A program made the translations under genes and the position numbers. A stretch of 64,000 bases of DNA from Chrysomallon squamiferum (lineage: Eukaryota > Animalia > Mollusca). This document shows positions 34,571 through 46,248 of the stretch, one piece after another (the stretch's first letter is position 1; the number at the start of each line of letters is the position of its first letter). Location of the stretch: positions 25,358,001 through 25,422,000 of the forward strand of contig CM022671.1 of the NCBI GenBank assembly GCA_012295275.1, given 5' to 3'. The notes below the pieces were generated by a model, which was not told the origin of the DNA, did not search any database, and saw only the letters and a list, made by a program, of their open reading frames with translations.

Positions 34571-37188
34571 GCCCCTCAGATCGTGGAGATCAAGGAAGAC
34601 AAGGTGGTTGGAGTAAGTATCTAATAAATTCTGCCTTCGAAATGAACAGCAAACAATCTGCAAATCAAATTTTTAATATTAAAGTTGCAAAAAAGTCCAC
34701 TTCAAAATAACAGTTTCTTACCATAAGTTTCAGATTTCAATAAAAACCAAATCAGAGCAATAATTATGATAGCTAAAAACAACAGCAACCAAAAAAAAAA
34801 AAAAATGGTTGGGAATGTAATTAAAAAAAAAAAAAAAAAAAAAAAAATCCCTAGCAAAAAAAAAAATTGCAATACAAAAAGATGGTTGAGATAGCTGGGG
34901 GAAAATGCTCACAGAATTTTAAATATGCAAATATTACATATCTAAAATATTGATTGAAAGCTGTGTTTGCTGCTTATTTTGAAAGCCATCATTGTATTAT
35001 TCTTTAGTTATTATTTTATAATTTTTTGTTTGTTTTGTTTAGTTTTCTTCTTGTTTTGTTTTTTTTGTGTTTTTTTGTGGTTTGTTTTGTTACTGTACAG
35101 AATTTGAACAGACTGGTCATTAAGATGTATTTTTTCTCTCCCTGTCTTCACCCTGTTTTTTTATTATTAAGAAGAAATTCTCCTGCACCATTATGGAAAC
35201 AAACTTTCTCTTGATTGCACATAAAATTTCTGGATTTGTCTATTCACTTGGCCCACTGGTGTTAATTTTAAACCATTTCTTTGTTTAGATCGAGGAGAGG
35301 GGAGACAAGGGGGCTGGAGTAAGTATCACAGAGGAGAACATGCATCTTTTATTTGGTGGATTTTTAGTAAATTCTGCTTATATATGTCAGTTTGACAAGA
35401 CTTGAATTTTCTTTTCTGTGTTGTGACAGTTTTTGCATGATTATTGCAGGATAAATAATTGTACGCCTTGTAAGATACCTAATATCCAGTTTTATACATT
35501 TTCTATTGCAATGACTTTGTTTGATAAATGATATGTTGATCTCTGATTTTGCAATGCAAAAGTCCAGTTTACTTTCACATATATTTTATTTAAGTTGATC
35601 TTTCGGCATACTCATCTTCATCATCTGATGGTGATCATGTTTTGTCTGTGTTCATGTTATTCACTAGAGTTTTGTATGTATTTTTATTGTGGCTGTTGTA
35701 ACACAGTGGCAGTTAGTGTTGTATTCAGCTTTACGACAAAATAATGCTCAGGTAACCATAATGCTTTTGAAACTTGTCTTCATAAACTGGTGTCACAATT
35801 ATGATGGCGGCTATGCTTTTTTTAATTTATTTTATTTTTCAGTGTTGCACCTTTCATATTTTGCAAACATTTTAAGATCATTTAAAGTGCCATTGGTAGG
35901 ATGGGTCTTGCTGTCAATGACCAAATCGTTTTTCCTTCGCCCACCATTTAGACATTTTACATCTGCAGATTAATTTATCCATATAGAAATGATTATATAA
36001 TAACAAATCCTCTCCAGCATCAGCATAAGAGAAAAAAATGGACACATCCAAGAAATAAAGCTGCCATATTAGATTCATGTGCTAACTGTAGCTAAAACTT
36101 TGAAAGGAGTAATCACTGAATAATGTTTAAAAATGTCCCAATATTAATATATTAATATTGAGGCATCATTAAACATTATTCAGTTGATTGCTCATTTCAA
36201 AGTTTTGGCTACAGTTAGTACATGAATCTAATATGGCAGCTATTTGGCATGTTAAATTATTGTGAATTTATTGATGGCATATAAGATTGACCAGGTTTCA
36301 TTTAACAGTGTTTGCCCATTGGGTCCTAATTTTAAACCATTTCTTTTAGATCGTGGAGAGGGCAGACAAGGGGGATGGAGTAAGTATAAAGACAGTGAAA
36401 TCTGTTTTATAACTGTTCATAAATAATAATGTTTGATTGTTTTGCAAGTTACATTTTCACCTATTTTTGTAAGATTTGTTAAAATGTCCTTTGTCCAGAT
36501 AAGAAAATGAAGGCAGAATGGAAAGTATGTAGTTTTTTTTTTTTTTTGGTTCCCCATTTGTTGTTGTATGCATTTCCATGATCATTTGCATTGGTCATTG
36601 ATTTTAGAAACTGGGTGGATAGACAGATGTTTCTTATTTTGCATAATAATAACTCTTTATTCTTCAGGTTTGATGTATTGTTTTGAAATTCAGTTTATTT
36701 GACTGACATGTTTATTTTCAGATCGGGACAGAGATCAGGATAGATGGAGCCAGAATCAGGGTTGGGGTAGGTACCTTATCGAATTAACAGTGATAAGTCT
36801 TTTTATTATTCATTTGTAAAATTTAAAGTGTTAAAATTTTTGTTTCTTTAATAAAATGAAGTAAAACTTAGTTTAAAATAAAATGCAAAGGCTCTCTGTG
36901 ATGACTGTTAGTTCAGTTTAAAAGAAGTAAATAAATGATATATATAATGATATATATTATTTGTATTTGGAATAAATCGGCACAAATTTGGATATATCAT
37001 GTTTTCACTGGTTCTTCATGGCACTGTTTGTTTCTATTAGTTTTTACCTTTACATGGTTTACTGCCATCTGTTAAAAATAACTGAAAAATATTGTCCTTT
37101 AATTATTAAAGAATATTCAAATTTATTATTTTTATTTATGTTTACAGGGCGACGAGGAAACAGGGACAACAGACAGAGGAATTACTGA
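20330..37188 (+). CDS. EIF3C: Eukaryotic translation initiation factor 3 subunit C (one internal +1 frameshift and one phase mismatch as assembled)
   Basis: Exons 20330-20421, 20582-20647, 20959-21035, 21360-21472, 21836-22087, 22555-22685, 23055-23190, 23384-23646, 24016-24112, 24572-24684, 25203-25326, 26000-26032, 26499-26705, 27058-27183, 27629-27782, 29570-29764, 30133-30336, 30853-31014, 34067-34108, 34580-34612, 35289-35318, 36350-36379, 36722-36766, 37148-37188. Motifs [68 protein letters not shown] and the PCI-domain segment [19 protein letters not shown]. Confidence 0.96.
23245..23275. repeat. (AC)n microsatellite in an eIF3c intron
   Basis: About 15 uninterrupted AC units. Confidence 0.95.
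24378..24580 (+). repeat. Degenerate ~41-49 bp tandem repeat (about 5 units) whose last unit supplies the acceptor and start of eIF3c exon 24572
   Basis: Units follow the pattern aatga.t.aatta.ttaAGacttt.ccattttgtgatactt. The final unit, aataaataaattaacttcAG|acttcacct, is the real exon junction. Confidence 0.7.
27886..28025 (+). ncRNA. SNORA58: Box H/ACA snoRNA, SNORA58 (ACA58)-like, copy 1
   Basis: 5' hairpin TGCATAC-CAGTAGA-CCCA...TGGG-GGGAAA-GTGTATGCA, degenerate H box ACATAG, 3' hairpin with a TGTCTGCCA/TGGCAGATG stem, and ACA 3 nt from the end; 140 nt long. Matches the vertebrate SNORA58 pattern as I recall it (GCATAC..GTAGACC...GGGGGGACAGTGTATGCA). Confidence 0.85.
28326..28462 (+). 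ncRNA. SNORA58: Box H/ACA snoRNA, SNORA58-like, copy 2
   Basis: TGCATACCAGTAGACCCA...TGGAGGGAAAGTGTGTGCA, H box ATATCA, ACA at 28457-59. Confidence 0.85.
28704..28844 (+). ncRNA. SNORA58: Box H/ACA snoRNA, SNORA58-like, copy 3
   Basis: TGCATACTTGTAGACCCAG...CTGGGGGGAAAGTGTATGCA, H box ATATAA, 3' hairpin closed by GCAG/CTGC, ACA at 28839-41. Confidence 0.88.
29135..29271 (+). ncRNA. SNORA58: Box H/ACA snoRNA, SNORA58-like, copy 4
   Basis: TGCATATCTGTAGACCCAG...TTGGGGGGAAAGTATATGCA (compensated basal stem TGCATAT/ATATGCA), H box ATATTA, ACA at 29266-68. Confidence 0.85.
30444..30522 (+). repeat. Local tandem duplication of an eIF3c exon end plus its 5' splice site
   Basis: TGAAGAGCTGATG|GTAAA...TCTGAATTTAATTTTAAAAATGTGA occurs at about 30325-30397 and again 124 nt downstream. 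Confidence 0.85.
30713..30814. repeat. 44 bp tandem repeat, about 2.3 copies
   Basis: atgtactgatttaaaagag(a/g)ttttat(t/a)acaattacattatgt(g/c)a at 30713 and 30757, with a partial copy at 30801. Confidence 0.9.
36059..36241. repeat. 183 bp near-perfect palindrome (foldback element) in an eIF3c intron
   Basis: Left arm AGCTGCCATATTAGATTCATGTGCTAACTGTAGCTAAAACTTTGAAA...; right arm ...TTTCAAAGTTTTGGCTACAGTTAGTACATGAATCTAATATGGCAGCT. Pairing continues to the centre (CAATATTAATATATTAATATTG). Confidence 0.93.
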
Positions 37189-38271
37189 TCTCAGCAGAAT
37201 TACCTTGACCTTCACATACATGCTTGTTGTATTAGTACTACAATAACATTTTTGTTCTTTGTGAATCAGTCACAATCAAGTCTGACTTATTTTGGAAATG
37301 TTTGTAATTTAAATTATGGTGTACAGATAAAATAACAAACTTTTTTTTTTCCTGCATTAAATTTTGCTCTTTTGTCAAGTAATCTGGTTTTCAGTTGCTT
37401 ACGTTTAATAAAAATTTAAAAGTTATTTTTAAAAGATAAATAATATTGAGTTTGTAAAGTTTTTTTTTTGAAATATGTACTGAAATATAAATAACTTCAA
37501 AGAATTTTTAAAATTGAATTTTTTTTTTTTTTTACTTCACTGTACATTTTGATGTTACCAAGATTATAAACTGGCATGACTTTCCTCATTCTTGTAATAT
37601 CAAAACTTTGATTCAGATTAAAATAATTTTTGATCAGTTGGTCTTGTTCGAAGTTTTTTTTTTTTTCAGTGTTTAGTTTTGTACATACACTATTAAATAT
37701 TGTTTTCATGTAGTTTCTTGTCCAGTATGATTCTGGATGCCATTTATTTTACCAATTTATAGCCAATACACTACCTGTAATTAGAATTCTTTTGAATCTG
37801 ACTAAACTGTTAAATGGATGGGTAGAATATTACTAATTCCCAGTATTGGTAAAGGAGAATAGTTTTACTTTCCAAACTCATTCACTATAGGATAGAAGAT
37901 CATCTTAATTTTATCTATAGAAAACATCTTTCTGTGTCTTATTTTATTGCTAACTGGCAGTACTGTGCATGCTGACAGTTATTTAAAATTGTGAAACAGA
38001 CTTGCAAAAGGGTTATAAATATTAACATGATTCTGTGAATGGCCCTTTGCCTATAAAAATGGATGCAATGAAGTTAAAATGCCATCTTTAAAAGTCAACT
38101 GAGAAGAGGAAAATTTATTCCAGTTGTTACTACACTAACAAAGAGACTTGTTTTCCAATTTAGTTGCAAAAAATAAAATAAAACGAGATTATTAAAAAGC
38201 ACCAAAAAAGAAAAAATCCAGTTTTCCCATTTCATTTTGTTTTTATTATTTTGAGTTCAGAAATTACACAT

Positions 38272-40772
38272 TCAGAAGATCATATTGTGAGGATACTGCC
38301 TATTTTTCAGTGAAAACATTGCTCCAAGGTATCCAAAAATTAATTTTTTCTCCGGATGTTGTCTGATAATATCTAGAATTTGTTTATCAACTGCAACTTG
38401 ATCTTCTTTTCTTTCATCTGATACAGTATACACCTGAAAACAATATAATTTGTTTTTTTGAAATAGGGTAACAAGCAGAATGACAATGGAACATAAAATT
38501 ATCCCAAATCAGTATTTTATGATGTTGATTTGGTTAATTTCATTTGTTAAGTTAGTCATGAATTCAAAATTAAATTAAGGATATAAATCCAATACTGTGT
38601 TGTTTTATTAAAAAAAAAAAAAAAAAAATACATATTAGTCTTTATGTGACATCATGCCCACAGGTTATTTTTCTTATATGCAGAGACATTCCATTAGTTC
38701 TGTTTTGAACTGCTGCTAATAAACCTATATATATATATATGCTCGACAGTTCTATTAATTTCCTGATTACATATGTGAAATGTATCCATTATGGAAGAAA
38801 ATTCATGAATATGAAACAAAAAACTACTGTTTGCTGTGTTAATAGATACAAACTGTGGATGTAAAACTACTGTTGTGCACTGCAAATTTTAAGAGATAAT
38901 ACAAACTGATATACCTGTGAAAATAAGCAGCAGATCTAAACCACTACAAACAGAAGACATTAATATTTTGAAAGATGACACAGGGAAACAAGTCATCCAT
39001 CTGAAATGCTCACCTCTTTCTTGGTGTCAAAGATTTCACCTTCTGTGTGTTTTGGTTTACGAAGTTTCTTTCTGCGGAAGTAATCGTCATTCAGCCTGTC
39101 TGGCATCTTTACACCTTTGATATCAAGACGTGTTTTAGTCGCAATCACATATCTCTGGTTGATTCTTCTCAGCGGGCATCCATTTAAGTGGAACGGACCT
39201 GTCAAAATAGAGTAAATTCAGATAATTTAAATTATACCAAACACAACAAGCAAAATAGTTTCTCTGATGTCAGTATTTTTTTTTTTTTTTTTTTAAACAA
39301 CCCTGATCTCTACAATGAATGATTTTTCACAAAGTCAGTTTTGTATAAATTAACAGCATGAATAGTTTTGTAATGAGCTCATGTCTGAATACATTTTAAT
39401 ATTAATGGTTTATTTGTATAATTGCAAAATCTGGGAAAACAAAATTGATGTCATATGCAAATCCTACTAGATGTAATGTCATTTTTTACTAGGATCATAC
39501 CAAAATCTTGAACAAACAGCAGAGCACTTATGTGGCAGAACCCATTGCAAATACATAAAGTAATGAATGTATACTCCAACATGCAAAGATTTGGATGTCA
39601 TTTGGTTGTGTGTGGGATAATCATTATCTGTGAGGATATCAATGTGTTTTTTAAATACTGAAAGACATGATCAATGGTCTCCAAAACTTTTAATTTACTC
39701 TTATTTGTCATAGTAAATTAACTTCAAATTTAATCAAAATCTTCTCTCAATCGAAGTATTAAAATCAATGTTCTTGGTTAATATTCATACAAATTAAAAT
39801 ATTCTTAAATTTTACTGTTACAGTCTGTGAAGGCATGTCGCAACAAATCAAACTAACCTGTAACCAGCAGTAAGCCAGTCCCCAGCTGCTTCAGAAAAAC
39901 AACCCTCTGAAAAAAAAAAAAACTTTACTGCTTTATCAAACATTTTTGTTTTCTCAGCAAGAAGTCCAAACAATTATCAGTTTATAGTAAAAGAAGTATA
40001 ATTTTAAACATACAAATAAAGGTACTGTCCATATCTGCACAGAAGGCCCATATTCACATTAAAACATTTACAAGATGAAACAACTTATTTTGTAACATCT
40101 TTTTATAGTTAGTTTTAAATTGACACAATGAAAATGAAAAAACAAGTTTATCCAAAGAAGACCATATGCATTTGTAGTTAAATTTGGGTTCCTATCTAAA
40201 TTTACCTTTCCCTTATGTCTGCCAGCCACAATAATGAGAATGGTTCCAGAAGAGATGGTTGGTCTTAGCTTGTGTGTGTGTTTGCAGAAAGGCTTCTTAC
40301 GTGGCTTCAACCTTCGAGGTTTATCTTCTGTTGGGTAAAACCGAGGCTGAAATATAAATCATTGCAACATCTATACTGTGGCCAAATGTATCAACAGTAA
40401 GGTAAATTATAAATTTTTATGTCACTAATAATATTTTATTGTTTATCAGATCTGTGCATTTTCAAGTTAGAAATATCAAAAAAGTGAAAATACATTTTTA
40501 CAGTAAACCTCAATGCAAAAAATCCATTAACTTACTGGTCTTGTAATTCGAACTAAACGTTTGCCTCCGTTTTTGTCACCTCCAATATCCTTTTCTATCA
40601 TGCGTTTTGGGGCAACCGCCTTTTTAGGCAAAGTATGTTTTCGTCTCTTGCGTCTTTTTTCCATTTTACCTTTAGTGTCAGTCTTCGTTTTGGCTGAAGG
40701 CTTGGCTGAAGGCTTGGTTGAAGGCTTCGCCGAAGCCTTGGCTGCAGGTTTGGCTGCATTTTTTGGAGCCAT
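38272..40772 (-). CDS. RPL6: 60S ribosomal protein L6 (eL6), about 257 aa
   Basis: Coding exons 40536-40772, 40206-40346, 39858-39906, 39014-39198 and 38272-38433, in phase. Motifs [66 protein letters not shown] and YPHNMIF*. Confidence 0.97.
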
Positions 40773-41457
40773 CTGCAAAATTAAAACATGCTAAATAACA
40801 AAGATGCTTGTTTGCTTATTGTAAATAATTATTTGGATATAATGATATGTCCCAAAGTTTTGTACTGGTCCTTGATTATGTGTTTTACAAATAAAAATGA
40901 ATTTTAAAACATTTCTGTTATCTTTAAAAGGCAGATACCTTTATGAAACAGACATTACTAAAATAAGAAAGTGGTATAATTTATCACAAGTAAACAGTGA
41001 GTCTTTAATAAACAACAAACTGAACTTTTAGATTTACTATTCTCTGGGAATGTTATTATTGTTAAGGTGCAACGAATGGTAATTTCTTCGTTATATTAAT
41101 TATTATTTATACAATTTTTACAACCATTACAGAATTACTGTTCATACAAAAATTTCAGTATTTAATTTATTCTATGAGAATTCCTTTTTTTTCCCCGCTA
41201 TCTGACACTGTAAAACTAATTTTTTCAAATTTTGGTTGTACAGTAATATTATAACCAACATATCGAAAAACAAGTACTGCTATATTTTATTATGAGAATT
41301 ATCCTAACTAAGAAAAATAATTTGCTATTAATAAATTGGGTTTTAAATAAAGAAATACTTGTATCTGTATTTTTAAATCTAATATGAAAAGATGTCTTTA
41401 CTGTTACAAGATATTTTCAGATTAACATCAAGAGCTCTACAAAAAGCATTGACATAC

Positions 41458-41490
41458 ATTTGTCGGTCTGCAGTAAAAGGAAGAGGAAAT
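41458..41490 (-). promoter_or_regulatory. RPL6 TCT initiator / 5'TOP and non-coding first exon
   Basis: The minus strand reads TTTCCTCTTCCTTTTACTGCAGACCGACAAAT|GTATGT. This fits the TCT motif YC(+1)TYTYY with +1 near 41485 and a donor at 41457. The next exon begins AG|ATG. Confidence 0.85.
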
Positions 41491-41597
41491 GACGATCTAG
41501 AACTACCAAAGGGAGATAACTGTGTATTTTATCTATATTATTGAAAAACATTTTTTGAAAACTTTCAGTATTTATTCTAAAATATTATTTGTAACGC

Positions 41598-43214
41598 ATG
41601 ATGATGCCAGTTGCCGGTAAATATGATAATACTATGTAATTCTGTTTTCACTAACGAAAGACAATTTAAATCGTGGAAAATTACCTAGGGCCTTATAAGA
41701 AAATTTGACTAAGAAACAAATACTGTATTCTAATCACTAAATCAGTTTATATTTATTCATTATTGCATCTGCACTATGCTTAATCTATAAATATAATATA
41801 GAGGTGCATGCAAATGTTTTAGCAATTCATGAATAGAAACACAAAGTAATGAAGTAGTTTGACAAAAAGAAAGTAGTTGACAAAAGTCGTACAAAAAAAA
41901 TTGAAACGATTTAAATTACATATAATACATTATATTTATATATATTTTACGAAGATAAAATGTACGCTCGCTGTATAAATTTGTGGGCCGCAGTTTTGCT
42001 TGTAAAGGGCCTACAACGTATTATACAGTTTACTGTTAGACTAATTTGCTAAATCTTAAAAGGGTATAACTTTAAGTAAGTTTATTACTTATCAAGTTAA
42101 CACTGACAACAGTGAAAAAGCAACCGTTGAATAATATTTGAAATTGCATTTTCGTTTCTTGAAATCAACAGCAATAAATATCTTTTGTGGAACAAGTTCC
42201 AGTAATTTTGAACATCACATATCAAACATATAATAAGAATAAAATAGTAAGAAAAGGTGTTTTTTGAAGGTTTTTTTAATATATATACTTTCTTTATGGA
42301 AATTACAATTCTTATTTCTTTTCTATGATTTGATGCAAAATATAAAATATTCTTTTATAACTGTAACGAGATAATGAAAACAGAACAATAGATATTATCC
42401 CTTATTGATAATTGAAACATGTAGTCCATTTTCTCAGAAGACAATAAGTAAACCACATATGTCTGTCATGAAATAATAGTGATTTAAAAAAAATAATAAT
42501 GATTGTTCTAATGGTGTTTTTAAAACAACACAAATGTTTACATAACTAATGTATTAACTCTCAGTGTAAAATGATTATATGTGTACAAATTTTAATATAA
42601 TTCATATATTTGAAGGTTCTGTTTTACAACAGAGTATTTATTTATTGAAGTAATTAAATTGCTGTTCATTGAAATATTTCTAATACAAGCCTAAGAGGTA
42701 CAACTTACTGTTTTAACCGTTAGAAAGTAAATGATTTATCCTTTTTTTTTTTTTTTTTTTTTTTTAATTTTTAATTTTTCTTTTTCTAAATTCATTACTG
42801 CAAAAGAAAATAGAAGGAAAAAATAATGACAAAAATTAATTAATTAATTAATTAATATATAATAATAATAAAATAAATTCATTACGATAGAATAACATGA
42901 GGATTAGCAGATATTAAATTTTATTTATATGGGATTTTTCACAGAAAGTTTTCAAGAACATCAGATTGACTACAAACAGAAATATAAAACTTTGAAGAAA
43001 AAACTCAGACTGCTTGTTTATGTATGTATTTATAAACTCTTTGACACATACATTGCAAGAAAGATTCAATTAGTACTGAATGAATTTTTACATATATATT
43101 TTATTATTATTATTTGATGTGTTCCTTTTACATATTTAAAATTTTCATTAAATATAAAGAACATCTGTCTTAATATGTATAAATGAGAAAGAGGGAGAAA
43201 GAGAGAGAGGTTAA

Positions 43215-43247
<33 letters not shown>

Positions 43248-46200
43248 TTGACGCGCATGCAGTCAGTCATATGTTAATTACATCCTGAATAACTGGAAGA
43301 ATCAGGAGAAAAATGCTTGTTAATTTATTTGAGATGTGCTGATCTGTTAACCTTAATTTGGTTCACGAATTATGAATCTCAGAAATGATTCCACTTTCAG
43401 GAACAGGAATGTTTCTTAGAAGAACTTAGAAAAGCTCAAAGAAAACTTCTCAAAGTTACCAGAGACCGAAGGTAATGTTTCACTCTAAACTGGATTTTAA
43501 CCAGTTCTTGTCCAGAAGACCATGTACTTACACTGCTATTAATGATGTAGAGTGTCTAATATTTAAGGTTTTAAATTGTTTTATGATACTACTTTGACTT
43601 CAAAAGGTGAAAACAGAATCATGATCAAAAGTCCGTCTGTAAATAAAAATATTGCTTCCCATTGCAGATTTCAGATAACACATACACTGTTTACATTATT
43701 TATATTTAATATCACTTAATGTATGTGTTAATTATTTTGCAGAAATAATTTAATTTAATTTATTTATTCTACACTTTGTTTCCTAATTTATTGAAAGAGT
43801 AAATAAAATATAACTATTACTATGCAATAAGACAAAGATGATTAGCACACTGGTACTAACAACTACAGCATTGCACTTCAAAACTGTAGTACTTTCTGTG
43901 TTTTGATACTTTATCACATTAGATTTAATAGATCATTTTATATGGAAGAAATAATATCAATTACACAAATGATTATTAAAGGCATACAGTGTCTGATTTT
44001 CTTATATTTAAACAGTTATCAACATTGCAAAATTTTGTGGTTATTTATGTCCTGATTTAAGTAGTCTGATTTGTCTGAATTTGTGTTCTGTTTCAGTTTT
44101 CTGCTCGATCGTTTGTTGCAGTATGAGAAGGTGACTGATTCATCGGGTGACAGTGATGCCACTGCTTCCAGTGACAGTGATGCTGATGGACATAAAGATG
44201 GCATTGCTAGCAAAAAGTAATTCTCTGGTTTAATTAATAAATAAATAGTAATAATAGTGTGATATGCTTATAAGGAAAGAAATATAAGGAATGAAGAATG
44301 TATTTAATATTAAAGAAAGTAAAAGTTATCTTGAAGGATTTTAAAATGGCACTATTAACAGTCATTTACATTTTAAAATTTTATTTTATAAATAATATAG
44401 AAAAGGTAATACAAAAAAAATATATAAATTAATAATAATAAATAAATAAATAAAATATAAGTAAACTAACAAACAAACCAACAAATAAATAATAATAATT
44501 TTTAAAAAGAGAGAGAAAATGATATTTGTTAATGTTTAAAATAAACTCAAGATAACAAATTAATAATGTATGACCTCTGAAAATATTTAATATGAAATAA
44601 GTGTATAAATAAAATAAATGACATAATATTTTAAATCTTTCTGATATTTGATTATTATAAGTGAAATAGAAAATGCCTAATAAATTATAATTTCAATTTG
44701 TATTAAATTGTATTAAAATTTTTTATTTTTCAGGAGAAAGTTGGGTGGTTCTTTGGCTGGAGACCTAGGACACACAACACCAGGTGCAGGGAGACTGGTG
44801 AGTTTAACATGTGACGTATCAGTGTTAGTCAGCATACTGCTGGCTGTTGAAGTCAGTGTATAGACTTATCATTTACTGATACTGTATTAGATTCTTCGTC
44901 AATATATTAATTAAGCAAATATTGTTGAAATACAGGTCTTTGTTGCTGACCTGAAAATTTTAGGTAAATATCTAGACATGACAGTATTTAAAAATAATTT
45001 TCACATCATTGAAAATATAATTCTGTATAATATTTTAAAATAATTTTCTTTAATGCATAAGACATTTCTTCCTTCCATCATTTTCTTGTTATCATTACTT
45101 TTCTTTTTTTTTCTTCTTTTTTTTAAGTCTTCAGGCAGCCATGATGGTGTAAAGAAGAAAAAATCTTCACTTAAGAAATCCAATAAAGGTAAAGAAAATA
45201 TCACACAGTTTATGTAAATTATTTTCCAGTGAATAAAATGAATTTGAAACAAAAGAACTGTGTTGAAAGTGATAGTTAGGTTAATGTTACAAAATAAAAC
45301 AAATCTATTAATTAATATGTTTCATACAGTGCCAAGCTGATTTTAATTAAACTAGCTGGTAATATATTTAATTATATTTAAAATAATAATAATAATAATA
45401 AAATAAAAATTAATGTATTGAAATTAAGTATGTAATCCTAGGAAAAAGTTGCATGAAGCCTTTAAAAATATTATTACTCATTACCAAATCATTTTGAAAA
45501 AAAAAAATTAGAATTCCTATTACCCATATGTAACAAAAATCACTTAAAACAATTTTTTTTTTTTTTTTTATATATATAAATATGTACAGCAGGTCACAAG
45601 ACTGGGGGTGAAAGTAACAATCCTGGGGGTCAGATGACTAGGGAGGAGCTGGAGAGACATCTTGAGTCCAGACAACATTCATTTGGTATTGAGAAGACCC
45701 CAACACTGCTGCCAATGGAAATCTTCAGTAATGACAACTCCAATCCAGACAGGTTTGTGATGTGATTAACAGTCACAATGACTCTTTTATTTCATTTTTA
45801 CTTTTACTTTTACTTTTACTTTAATTACTTTAGAAATAATCTCTGGACATTTTGGAATTTTGGAATTTATATTGAAATAAAAATCACCATTAGTGATGAT
45901 AAAATTTTATTTATAAAATACTGGCGGTGAAACATTTGGTACATCTGCATTGTTAAAATACACTTTGTAAGTTAGTTGCTGTTTTTCAGTATTAAAAATA
46001 GCAGTTTTGTGTCCAGTAACAAATAAGTATTTCAATTCTGGCTTTGACAGAAAGTAGATGCTGATGTTATTTTTCAGTTTCAATCTCTGATTAGATTCTG
46101 CTGAGATACAAGATTGCTTTGACATACTATTTAACACAAAAGTCAATATATTAAAATTGTTTTTTTTTGTTGTTTTTTTTACAGTATGAGTGATGTTGTT

Positions 46201-46248
46201 GGTGCAGAAGAAGAAGACACAGACCTAGTCATTGATGTTCCACATTGA
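41598..46248 (+). CDS. INO80E: INO80 complex subunit E (CCDC95), about 212 aa
   Basis: Exons 41598-41616, 42945-43021, 43401-43471, 44097-44216, 44734-44797, 45128-45188, 45590-45752 and 46185-46248 (639 nt, phases consistent). Motifs [67 protein letters not shown] and C-terminal DLVIDVPH*. The first exon is inferred from phase. Confidence 0.92.
43216..43245. repeat. (TG)n microsatellite in an INO80E intron
   Basis: About 15 TG units following a short GA tract. Confidence 0.95.

Noticed and set aside
20330-37188. eIF3c (and beta-adaptin) as pseudogenes
   Set aside because: Only isolated single-base indels in short runs. All other exons, splice sites and motifs are intact.
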